A DNA stretch of 64,000 bases from positions 317,938-381,937 of the forward strand of contig NEEC01000030.1 in assembly GCA_002189035.1 (NCBI GenBank), in the 5' to 3' direction. Below are positions 1-11,499 of the stretch, piece after piece; within the stretch, counting starts at the first letter, position 1; each line of letters opens with the position of its first letter. Origin of the DNA: Utricularia gibba (taxonomy: Eukaryota; Plantae; Magnoliophyta). The notes under the pieces are model-generated. The model saw only the letters and a program-made list of their open reading frames with translations. It ran no database searches and had not been told where the DNA came from. The translations under genes and the position numbers were made by a program.

Positions 1-73
1 GCTAACATATAATTGCGAAGCTATATCCAAGGCATGAGTATCTTATTACAACAAGTTGGGAAGATTTTCTTAC

Positions 74-1026
74 CTTGCGGTGATGTGATGTCCAAGTACC
101 TCGACAGCCCTGATGAGATGATCCCAAAGAGCACGTCGTTTATCGTCTGCCAATTTCACAAAAAACAACATACACGCTTTTATAGAGAACAAATTTTAGG
201 TGTTTTCCTATTTTACTATTTTTGCGCTAACAGAATACGCATCTTGTCAGAACAAAATGAAAATTGATCTCCTGAGGTTGTTATTTGAAAATGACGTTAC
301 CGCTTTCTCCAATGAGCCTTTGACGACTTTCATATCGTCCAGCCGGAAGCGCGCTGTCGCCAGCCGTCGGGGCCAGAGCTCCACCCCGGCGCCGCCGCGG
401 ATCGCCGTGTCTTTATCTCTCAACCACAATATCCGGGCCACAAACTCCAGGGCGTAGATGAGAGTAAACCACAGGACCATGGCCAATTTCAACGCACTCC
501 ACCGACGCGGCGGGCCAGAACCTGCACCGACCATACTTGGTGCTTGCGACGGATCATTGATTTTCCGGCAACAGGACATCATAAGTGACATCAGAGATAT
601 TCCATCGCCAAGCGCGTGGTGCACACGGAACACGATTGTTTTGTGCGCTAAAAGCAAGTGCATCTCCCACAGAGGCTTATCGATTGGGAGCGGCGAAGAA
701 ACGGTTAAATCGGAGATGTAATCATTTACGGCGTCGCAATCGGAGACGCCTGAATCATCGGTTAGTCTCTCGAATCGGAGGATTAGGTGTTGATCTATGT
801 CGATCTCTGTTTTTCGCCAGAATTCACGGCCGGCGGCATCTCTGACTAGGAGACTGCAGAATCTAGGGTGCTTCACCATGAGTGAGTTTCGGACCTCACT
901 TTTAATTGTTTCGACGGCGTAGTGATGCTCTAATTCGACCGCGGTGTTGATGACCTGGTCCATCTCTGTTCGCAAGAAGAGACGACCGGCCGGAGTCAAC
1001 GGCTGGTCTGGCTCCGCCGTATTCAT
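74..1026 (-). CDS. WSD1: Wax ester synthase/diacylglycerol acyltransferase (WS/DGAT, WSD1-like), exons 1-2; gene continues beyond the window start
   Basis: Exon 1 is 1026-301 (MNTAEPDQPLTPAGRLF..., catalytic HHALGDG = HHxxxDG, PLWEMH) with a GT donor at 300. Exon 2 is 146-74 (TINDVLFGIISSGLSRYLDITSPQ), flanked by AG and GTAAG. The symbol is family-level, not proven orthology. Confidence 0.9.
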
Positions 1027-1238
1027 CGCCGTTATTTACGTCAGCCGCCGAATAATCGTGTGGTCGGAGGAGGAGAATCGGCAGAAGGGGGCGGTTTCGA
1101 TATCCCCTCACGCGTTTGACGTCTTCCGGGTTGATAGAAAGGGACAAATAACGTCTTCTATTTTTGTAATCAATTTTAGCGGCTCTTTGGTTAACAATTT
1201 CATCGGATACCAACAGGCATTGAGTGTGGACACCCAAT

Positions 1239-4200
1239 GAGTAAATTGGCCGAATAGCACTCTGCAAAAAAAGTATTGGCTGAATAGCACACGTCTGAAA
1301 AATGTTTGCAAAAATAGCATTTTTATGATTTTTTTAATTAATTTTATTCAGTATACTTTATTTTAAAACAAAAAAAAATACAAATGTATATTATATTTTT
1401 ATATTTTTTTAAAACAAACATTTATAAATAAAATTCAATGCATTATATTTTAATTTTTTATATAAAAAATATATGTGATACTCATTAAAATCATATATAT
1501 TAATTATTTATACTAATATATGAATAACTATGAATAGAGAATCTTTTAAATTAAATCCTTCATTGAATGCTATAAGAAATAAATAATATAAGACATCCAA
1601 AAAAATAGAGATAGTAATATTTCATTTAATTTTGATTTTTAAGAAACTAAAATTATAATTTATTGATATGCAAAAACTAATACTATGGAACTTTTATCAT
1701 GTGTTACATTATTGAAGGATATGACTAAAAGTCAAACAAATATTACTTTGTATCAAATTAGTGTTGCTTTTAAATAATTCATCCAACTTTAAATCAAATT
1801 ATTTTTGCTTTAATCAATTCATGCTTTATGTCAAATCATTGTTCCTCTAATCAATGCTAATTTGGCCATACTCGTTGATCTAAGTCTATAAAATGGTGCA
1901 CATTCTGCTCATTTTCTATCACAAGCCATCTTGAGTCATAAGTCAAAATAGTGGTTTTCTATTTTCATCAATGGTCATCCTCCCGGTTACTCCTCCTTAA
2001 GTCTATAAGGAATGTAACCAACCTTGGTATTGAAGGCGTGTGCCCCTCTTCACCTTCTACGAGATAGATCACAAGTTTGTTGATCTACAATCCCATCCGT
2101 TGAAGAGACCCAATCTGACTTTCTATGTCAGCCACTGCCATTTGTCTCAATTAGCATCAACCCTCTCTCTAGAATTTGGCTTTTGCACCTCTATAATCCT
2201 ACCCTAAATATTCTCTTTTATTATCTTGAATTTTACATCTTTTTAGGGGTTCTAATGTCTGAAACTCTTATAAATGTGCGAGTTTTCTATGGTGTTAATA
2301 TCTCAAATGATATATATGGGCATATGGTGTATTCTATTCCTCCAATAGCATCTCTTCGTTTGAAAAGAAATATTTCTTATGAATCATTTATTCGTCGGAT
2401 TTATGCGATTCTAGATGTTGAATCCACGCAGTACTCCCTTGCATGCTTTTTATAGTTCTTTGAAGGTGAATTAAGCACTGTCAATTGCCTTCATATTACA
2501 GATGTCGGCACACTACGGTATTTGTTTCAGCCAAATCACACAGGCTCAGGAGTAGACATATTTGTTGAAACTGAAGCTATCATTACACAACATCAAGCAT
2601 CATCTTCAAGAAACATAGGTATGTTCTTTATATATATATTTATATATTTAATCATAAATAATTATTTGATTTTTGTGCATACTTAAGACGTAGGCTGCCA
2701 ACTCAACTTGAACCACTCTACGGAACCTCATCCAAGTCAGCAACATGAAAGGCCACGTGGTTAGTCTCTTCATGCATTTTGTAGTTTCTAGAGAATTCAT
2801 TTAACATATTTATTTTCCTTATTTACTTTATAAGTATTAAATTTTCATAGAATTTGTAGTTTAGAATACTTTATAATTTTTTATATTTACAGAATATTGA
2901 CTTCTCATTTTTCATTTTATCTCCATTTTTTAATATTGAAATTTTATTAAATATTTATTATTAAAGCTTTTTAAATTTTATATCACATTTTTTTGATAAC
3001 CAAGTTTTAATTTTTCATTAGATTATTTGTTTTTTCCTGATAACTCATATCCACAAAATATTGGATGGAACCAAGAGGATTTTGAGCATGTTGAACGACG
3101 TGACAATCTTCTAGTTACAGATGAAAATGAATATCATGGAGTTAGTATCCATGATCAAAATCCAGACCCTGCAATTCTGCAAGATGATATCCCTTTTACA
3201 GATTCTGAGAGCGAGATTGTTCCAGACACTCTTTGGAGTGAGGATGATGATTTGCAAATGGTTGAATCTGATAGTGAGCCCAACAATGAATCTCTTCCTA
3301 TTGGGCGCAACCCGCCAATGTGGCAAGATTCAGCTGATCTCTCGGAAATTGATTCATCTTATAATGCCACCACAATGCTTCTTGCTCCCGGATTTACCTT
3401 TGATAGCAAGGATGAGTTGAAAGATGCAGTCACAAAGTATTCTATTTTTGTGGTGAGAAGAGAGTTTCATGTGTCTAGAAGCAGTAATTCAATCTATCAT
3501 CTCATTTGCCGTCAAAATCATGAAAAAAAGTCCAGATGTTCATGGCACTTGAATGCGCGCTTCCAAAATAGGACAAAATTATGGAAGATTACAGATTTCC
3601 AAGAACCTCACACATGTGATGTTCGGAGTTCCTTGGCAAAGGAACATGTAAATCTGCGAAAGGACTTCCTTGCTCGAGAAATAATTGACTTGATCAAAGA
3701 CCGACCAAGAATCAAGGCTTCCACAATTCAGGGAGAAGTTTTAAAACAATTTAAATTCAAAATCTCTTATTGGAAGGCTTGGTCCATCTTGATACAAGGT
3801 TATGAGCTTGTGTACGGCACTTGGCAGGATTCTACAAGAGAATTACCAAAGTATTTGCAAGAAGTAGAGAGGCAAAATCCTGGATCTGTGGTAATTTGGA
3901 AAAATGCCAGTGATAATAGGGGAGGGCCAGTTCTACACTATGTTTTCTGGGCATTTGCGCCATGTATTGCTGCATACAAACATTGTCGTCCAGTCATACA
4001 AGTAGATGAGATGCATTTATATGGCCAATACAAATACAAACTACTAATTGTCGTTGCCATGGATGCTGGTGGACCAACTCGGCCGACACGCAATCAATGT
4101 GCACGCCTTGGGCCGAGTTGGTCAAATAGCATTCTGCCGAAAAAGTATTTGCTGAATAGCACACATCTGAAATATATTTGTAAAATAGCACTTTCATGAA

Positions 4201-4291
4201 TTTCTTGATTAATTTTATTCATTACTTATATAAATATATATTACTCTATTTTAAAACAAAAAATACAAATGCGTCCACCAGCATCCATGGC
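1239..4291 (+). mobile_element. Mutator-like element (MULE/MuDR), 3'-truncated
   Basis: The left end GAGTAAATTGGCCGAATAGCAC... at 1239 looks like a MULE TIR, followed by AT-rich subterminal DNA and a MURA-like transposase. No inverted right TIR was found; a direct copy of the TIR occurs at ~4118-4270. Confidence 0.75.
2255..4074 (+). pseudogene. MURA-like Mutator transposase, disrupted
   Basis: The N-terminal exon starts at ATG 2255 and has an in-frame stop at 2453-2455. ORF 3027-4199 has a MuDR DBD-like segment (FTFDSKDELKDAV...C...CSWHLNA...WKIT...HTC) and the start of the MULE catalytic domain (VFWAF.PCI..YKHCRPVIQVD..HLYGQYK.KLLIVVAMD). It breaks at ~4074. Confidence 0.85.
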
Positions 4292-4487
4292 GTTAACTAT
4301 TATGAATATCTACAAATTTTATAAACAAGTCAAAAATTAAGATTTCATTATAAATTTTAAATAATTTCACATTCAATTTTAAATAATATATATAAACTTA
4401 TAAAATTACCAAATAATTGTGTTAACTATTATGAATATATACTTTTTAAATTTTTAATCAATATTATCAATTATTTGAATGTATGAT

Positions 4488-5953
4488 TGATAAATGGAAA
4501 ATATCGTTGCAATAAAATCAAATTCCGTATCAAATAAATTTATAAATCCTACTATTTACAAAATACAAGTTCAGAAAACATTCATAGCAGTTTTCGGGAT
4601 CGATTACAAGGAACGAATGCTTGCTATGTGTTCTAGTCTATGCAAGATCTCAAAATGATTTCAATTTTAGTCTAAGGTCGAACTAACAGTAACAGACAAA
4701 TTCGTGAAGTAAAGTCAAGTTGCAGAGCAGAAAATAACAAGTGGTGGTTCTAAGTACAAGGTAATACTAAGATGTCTTAAGTTAATGAAGGTGATGTGGT
4801 GCTAAGATACCTAATTTAATTTATCATATTCTTATACTCACAACTCCAAATAACCTAAGTACACCCATGTAATTCATCATATTTTCGGCTAATCTAGTTC
4901 CTAATATCATCACCAATATTGTAATTAGGTCTACCTGCATAAAAAAGTATATAGAACTAGGTCTACTCGATTTTACTGATTCTACCCTGCACTAATACGT
5001 ACTGCTCCTGTCTTGATTTATTGATTTACCTCTAAATCAAGCATCTTAGTTGTGAAGCCACTTGTTCCCCTCCTTAGGTGTACCTGAGGATTGATCGAAA
5101 CAAGAACTAAGAGACACAGATCAATTGCATTATTAACCTTAGACCCATATCACCATTCTACACCTTAAGGCATCCCTAAAGTTTTAGCTACTAATGTATG
5201 GAAAATAAAGCAAGATTTCATAGTCATAAACTGAAGAAAATATTCCCAACATTGTCAAACAAACAGCCAACAAAAGTAAAGTTTCAGCAAACTAAGTAAA
5301 TAAAGTGTTCTGTTTTTCATTTGCTACTGTTTACAACGTGGAATAGTAGCACTGATTGGGTATTGGTAGTTTTCTTGAGGCTAGAGAGTCTCCTTCTTCT
5401 TCCTTCTGGTTCGGTGTTCGTAGTGTTGGAGGAGCCCTCCCCCCCCCACCTTGTGATTTTCTCTCCTTCAAAAATTATCTTCTCCTCTCTCATTTTCCAA
5501 GGCAAGTACTATCTATGACAACATTGATGCTCCTACCTCTGACTTGTTGACTGCTGCCGTGATAGTGCACTCATTGCTCCTTCTTTCATGCTGCCTTTCC
5601 TTCTGCAACTTGATGCTTGCACGAAATCCATATTATCTCCCCTGATTTTTGGAAGTTGCTACTAGACTCAAAACACATTAGTAACATAGAATGAGCTAAA
5701 TTCAAAGATTTAGCCCATTTGCACACAAAATTCATATATTCACTAAATTACATAAAAATACTTAAAACTATAAAATAAACAAACAAAACATAATTAAAAC
5801 TTATAATTTTCATATCATAAAAATCGGAAATTTTGTGTACTATCAATGATGATAATTCTACAATTACACAAAAATCATTGAAATAATAAATAAAGATCGT
5901 TTTCATGACATCTATCTTGATTTTAATGAACAAATCGGCCACACCCCTATTCA
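4488..5953 (-). mobile_element. Solo LTR, Athila-type Ty3/gypsy
   Basis: TG...CA termini. 4820-5200 is the reverse complement of 61860-62210, and the end matches 29270-29328. No TSD (ATGAT vs AACCA). Confidence 0.75.
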
Positions 5954-6960
5954 AACCAGTTAATGGATTATGACAAGGTGAACCTTTATCTCCTTTCCTA
6001 TTCCTTATAGTAGTTGAGCATCTAAATCTTCTCCTTAGTAGGGTAGTGAGTGTAGCTATGGTAAAGGGAGTGAGGGTGGGAAAGGAAGGGTGTGATATTT
6101 TAATCCTCCAATATGATGATGATATTTTTACCTACACTCAGGATGCTAATAATCTCACTAACATCACAATGGTGCTAGAGTATTTCTATCATGTTTCAGG
6201 CTGAAGGTGAACTATGGAAATACAAAGCTTGTTAGTGTGATTGTTCCAAATGATGAAGTTAATAACATGGTAGAGATGATTGGCTGTTGGTTCATGCCAA
6301 TCAATTCCATGGGATTACCAATTGGTGAGAGGCTGAATCGTGTGTCTTCATGGAAAAGCTTATTGGAGAAAATGAATGAGAAGATCTCAGGTTGGAAACA
6401 TCACAATGCATCAAAAGGGAGAAAGCTAACTATTTGAAAAGCTATACTAGAAAGCATTCCTCAATTTCATTTTTTCTCTATTTCAGGTGCCTAGATTAGT
6501 CTGTGCTCAATTACAACAATCTCGGATGCAATATTTTTGAAGGGTGAATCAGTGGGATAAGAGGAAAATCATATCAGTATCCTAGGGCAAGATGATGCAA
6601 CCTTATGAGCAAGGACGACTCAACATTACTAGTATATGCATGGCAAATTTGTCCCTCTTAGTAAAATGGTGTTGGTGGTAGAAAACTTGAGGAGGAGTTT
6701 GGAGAAAAATAATCAATCCAATCCATTTAGGCAGGGGAGACGGATTGAACAATCCAATTGGGCGACGCTTGGACAACATGGTATAGGGTAAGATTGTAGG
6801 AGTACGAGATAAAAATGAAAAGTTTCATCCTGAGGTGGACATAAATTCCTGGTTCCACCACAAATGGGGGACGAGAGGATGTGAGATTTTGGGAGGATTA
6901 TGAAGAAGACATATGCTACCAACACATGCTTACAGACAGAAGTTGCAAACCTCTCATAAC
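5954..6960 (+). pseudogene. LINE (L1-like) reverse transcriptase, 3' fragment
   Basis: GL*QGEPLSPFLF (GLRQGDPLSP motif), LQYDDD (YADD), VNYGNTKL, MGLPIG, W..LLEKM..KISGWK...SKGRKLT; several stops. Confidence 0.85.
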
Positions 6961-7260
6961 TCACGCATGGATGACGTGCTTAGGATCATGTGCTTGGCAT
7001 GATCCCTGAAGGTTCGAGAAGTTGGGATATTTTACTTCACTACTTCCTTAGTCATTGCTTATAAATACTCGAGTCTTGTTACAATCTGTTTGCTAGGCAA
7101 TTCTGGTTTTATTATTAAGTTTTCTTTCCATTCTCGTGATGCCCAACATCGATTGACTCAGCTCAATCCCAGAGCATATTCTGATCCGTTAGAGCACCAC
7201 TCTTGAATTTGTTTATGTTGTGGTGAGTGTGGAGTGAACCTTGAAATCTAACTACCTGAC

Positions 7261-7480
7261 ATGGATCAACATGAAATGCAATCTCAATATCGTAGCATCA
7301 ATTCGCTCAATCCGCTAGCAGATTTGCACAGAGCTAATCCACTACAACTGAGTGGCTCTGATCACCTGAACGTGTCACTGGTGAACGATATGTTGACAAC
7401 GCACAACTATTTTGATTGGCGTCAAGGTGTACGACTGGCGCTAAAAGCGAAGAACAAACTCGGTATTGTATATGGAGGCG
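7261..7480 (+). pseudogene. Ty1/copia gag N-terminus (Retrotran_gag_3-like), cut by hAT insertion
   Basis: NPLQLSGSDHLNVSLVNDMLTTHNYFDWRQGVRLALKAKNKLGIVYG matches the copia gag consensus NPY.L..SD.P...LV...L...NY..W...M..AL.AKNKLGF.DG. Confidence 0.8.
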
Positions 7481-7481
7481 T

Positions 7482-9045
7482 TAGAATTGGGCACAAATAT
7501 GGGTTGACCCATTACCTGTATCCACCCAAAATGGTTACGGGATGGGTTGGAGGTGTACGGGTATGAGTCGACCTGGCATTTCAGCCCAAATGGGCCTATA
7601 ATGTAGTCTATCAAGTAGAGTTGGGCTGCTCAATTGTTGGGCTCAATCTCTTTAATGTATATGAATGTTATAAAGGCCCAATTCACTAGAATATAAATAC
7701 ATGGACTAATAATATGTTTTTCAAATGCTTGTGCCCCTCCCACTTTACATTTTCATGTGTTGTTCATTGCACATTTAGAAGATTAATTATGCATTATTGA
7801 AGGCTTTCAAACCAAAATTGAAGCTGAATCCCTAAAACCCACGTGTTTTGCGGTGTTTGGAGACCTTTCAAATTGTATGTGTGTGACTATCCAAAGAGAA
7901 ATGGAAGCATGTGTATGTGCGGTTAATAGTAACTTATGTAAGGTTTGGAAATCATTTGTTTCTCCCAATTGTGTTTCAGGTAACCCAATATGGAAGAATC
8001 ATATCAAAGTATGACACCCTCACATGAGCAATATCCGGAGTGTGATATTGAGGTGTTGGGCGATGGGGAAGATGTCTCTTTCACCTCAAACGAGATGCTT
8101 CATGTAACAATTGGCATGAACATTTCAACCACGACAAGGAGGGCAAAATGGTATGTTGTAAGTATTGCGGTATCGTGTATGATCATGGTAAGAGTGGTTC
8201 AACTTCCAATTTCATTCGTCACATTAGAATTAAGCATATAGACAAGACATGTACTTCATTGAGACAACCTACCTTGAATTTTGTGCATGGCCATGTTTTG
8301 AGCTTTTCATTTGATATTGATGTGCTGAAGTGGATTATGTACTTGTATTGATTGTTAGTGAAAAGCCTTTTGTAGAAGTACAGAATCCATTTTTTTGACA
8401 TTTTTATCAATCTAGATTGCAATGTAGATTTGCTCCCGTGTCTAGGAGAAAAGCGATTAGAATTGCGTTAAAACAATTCGAAGAAAAAAATCACGTTTGA
8501 TCTTTGATTTTCAATCTATGAAATGCAAATTTGGTTTAACTTGTGATGGTTGACATGGTATAAGTGGTGAGAATTATTTAGTTGTAATTGCTTATTGGAT
8601 TGATTGCAAATGATTTATACAAACGAGAATCCTTGAGTTTATGGATTCTCCACACATAAGGACAAAAATTTCTGAATTTGTTACTTCTATATGTATTGAG
8701 TATTCAATTGTTGATCGTGTATTTAATATAAATCTTGATAATACCTCCAATAATATTGCTGCGACATCCATGCTGAAATCATCTATGAATCCTATTTTAG
8801 GTGGGTGTTTCTTTAGGTGATGCATTTGTCATATTTTGAATTTATGTGTATAAGATGCACTGAATGTAAATGATATTGAGGCTGTTTTGTCTAGTGTGTG
8901 TCGGATAGTTTATCATGTGAAGATGTTTAGCACAAAAGGGCATCTTTTAAGCATTTATGTGAGTTAAAGAATCTGCCATTCCGAACTCTAAAAATAGATT
9001 TACCAACACGATGGAATTCTACATTTTTTATGTTTCACTCTATAT
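7482..9045 (+). mobile_element. hAT element 5' half with a decayed BED-finger transposase
   Basis: Starts TAGAATTGGGCAC with GGGTTGACCC/GGGCC subterminal motifs. Translation gives CKYC...HIRIKH (BED finger), TCDGW, DNTSNN, CHILNLCV and IDLPTRWNSTFFM, and stops abruptly at ~9040. Confidence 0.8.
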
Positions 9046-9051
9046 TTTTAT

Positions 9052-9319
9052 GCTTCAATCCCTCCAGGCACTGCAAATATACCATCGCGGTGCTTGACAT
9101 TAGAAGGCTTCAATGTCCTCCAGGCACCGCAAACATGACATCAAGAGGCTTCAATGTCCTCCCGATACCAAAAACATGCCAATGTGGTGTTTGAACATTA
9201 GAAGGCTTCAATGTCTTTTAGGCACCACATGCAGGTCATTGTAGTGCGTGGACATCAAAAGGCTTCTATGTTTTTGGTTCAAGCACCGCAAATTTATTGT
9301 TGCGATGCCTAAACCAGGC
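9052..9319. repeat. Degenerate ~57-bp tandem array (5 units), each with a 13-N8-13 palindrome
   Basis: GCTTC(A/T)AT starts units at 9052, 9107, 9148, 9205 and 9262; unit 2 is internally deleted. Example cores: CCAGGCACTGCAA-atatacca-TCGCGGTGCTTGA and TCAAGCACCGCAA-atttattg-TTGCGATGCCTAA. Confidence 0.85.
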
Positions 9320-9419
9320 AATCTATCTCAATGATCTCCATGCATTATAAATGTAAAGAGGCAGAATTGCATTACGAATGTGCTACAAAACGAAATCAAT
9401 GTTTCAATGAAAAATGCAT

Positions 9420-11208
9420 TACAAGTTTGGAAATTTAGAAATAAGTTGCGGATGGTGTCCCTTCTCTCAAAAAATGCTATGCTTCATTCACGAAAGTTGG
9501 CATATTGGAGGCCACTACTAGTCCCTCCAAGAAGTTTCATATCTCACCTCCTTTTGCCAAGGCAATATCCTCAATATTTTTATGGGTGTATGGCATAAGA
9601 AAGATGGCATTATCATGCTGTGGAACATCCAAAGTTACAACTGGTAAGTATGCTGACACAAGAGTGTAACATATAATATTCAGAGAATTACCATCAGTAA
9701 CTCGATTCCTAATACACTTGAATGGTGAGTCATCAATAAGTAGTGTATGGTTACTATGATACTTTCCTTGGAATCCTGCATCTGGATGTCATCAGTGCTC
9801 CAACTCTTTTAGCATCACATTCTTTGCATGATTGTTATGAACATCTACATCTATTTCGCTGTTTTTTGAGGCATCCCATATAAAAGCCAATCTGTTGGCC
9901 TCCATAAAGCCAAAGACCCACTTCACTATCCCATCAAGTTGTGCCCTATAAGAGAGTTTCAACATAAGTCACATGTATCAAACAATGAAATATGCAATAA
10001 AGTTTATGATGTCAATATTATGCGCCCCGTGATGACCATATCCCCACGTCAAGGTGCTCCATACACCATTCAATAAACTATCGGGCATGAGGTTGTAAGA
10101 AAACTATAAAAAAAAAAACACAAAGCATTGCATCAGAGCCGTATAATGTATAAACACTGAACATATTATCTTCACCTTACCATATCTACCATAGATGACT
10201 ATGCATAAACACTGAACAGTCTTTGAGATCGACCTCAAAACACAATATCAGCCAACACACCATTTACATCTAATACAATCAATTTCCTAGGAGCTTCCAC
10301 AGCAACGGGTTAGGGGCCACCATAGATCCATCAACTCTCATACCACTCCAATTTTTCACAAAGTGATATGTTTTCTTCTAGTAGATGACTAACATCTATC
10401 TACTAAATCTCTTGATGGACTCGAGTATTGTTACTGGACTCTTCTACAACATCATCATCAATTTCCTCAACGTGTGCTTGTAGGCATTTACGAGACACCC
10501 TAGTTTGACCACATCAAAAGCAACAAGTCCCTATGAAATTGACATATGGTGGCAATATATCATTCAAAAATAAACTCTTGTAACCGAAAATATCAAGGAG
10601 CGCATCTACTCCTTCACGGGGTATCCTCTCAAACCCTGCGCTAATTTTTAAGTGAGTCAAATAAATTTTGGATGAGTGTTTTACTTGTGATACAGAAAAA
10701 ATACCATACCCTTTACCTTTCCGACAGTAGATGAAGACTCAAGTTGTGTGGGAAAATCTAGTTCTTTCGAAGGGGACACTCACACGAAACTAGTCCACCA
10801 ATTATTATACCCACTATGCACGTCTTCTACCAATGTTATACTTGGCTTTCCTTTCAATGAGAAGTGGTTGGTTCTCCAATTTTTCTTACATTTGCTAACT
10901 GCAAAAAAAACTAGAAGAGCAAGTACAAGGCGTTCTTTGGCACACACGCTCATGAATGATAAAACATATGTGACCAGACAACAAGTTAAATGAGAAAACG
11001 GAACTTCTAGGCAATTCACTAATTCAACTAAAAATAGCTCCATGGGCAATCTCAGTCCATGTTGAAAGTGTTTCGTACTAACCGCAAAACCCAACGGTCC
11101 AACCCGCAATGGAAGGTCACCATCATTGGTCTCCTCATCCTCCTTGTCCTATAGGAAGAAGCTGTCGGGTATTATGACCCACAGCCTCAACTTGTCTGAT
11201 GTGCGCAT
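9420..11208 (-). pseudogene. Cargo gene copy A: PF04195-like N-terminus plus NIF/FCP1-type HAD phosphatase domain, multi-exon, disrupted
   Basis: ATG at 11208 (MRTSDKL...GLRLPMELFLVELVNCLEVPFSHLT...WWTSF). Intron 10716-10636, then GFERIPREGVDALL..DILPP, RKLIVLDVNGVLADIV (~10290-10245), VFLQPHAR*FIEWCMEHLDVGIWSSRG, LAFIWDAS, MLKEL, HTLLIDDSPFKCIRN, PQHDNAIFLMPY. Contains stops and frameshifts. Confidence 0.8.
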
Positions 11209-11499
11209 CGTCTCGAGTGTGTGTAGTGCTACTTCAAAATTTAAAAAACCACCTAACAAACCTTTTCTCCAGCTCCTTGCCAACTTGCGCCTTCAACCTT
11301 TCTTGGTATGCGTCACAATTCAAGGCAATTATCATAATGATTTACACTCTGTGAAAACGCGTTTGTAGTGTGTCGAGCGGCGAGTTGTAGTGTGTGTTAC
11401 CATGGGTGAAAAGTGTGTGTTTTAATTGGGGTGGTGAGGGTTTCAATGAATATATATAATATTATTAAATTTTATAAAAAAAAACGGCCGTTCATGCTA

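Noticed and set aside
3027-4199. 390-aa ORF as an intact gene
   Set aside because: It is a truncated MURA exon read through into TIR-derived DNA, and the upstream exon has a stop.
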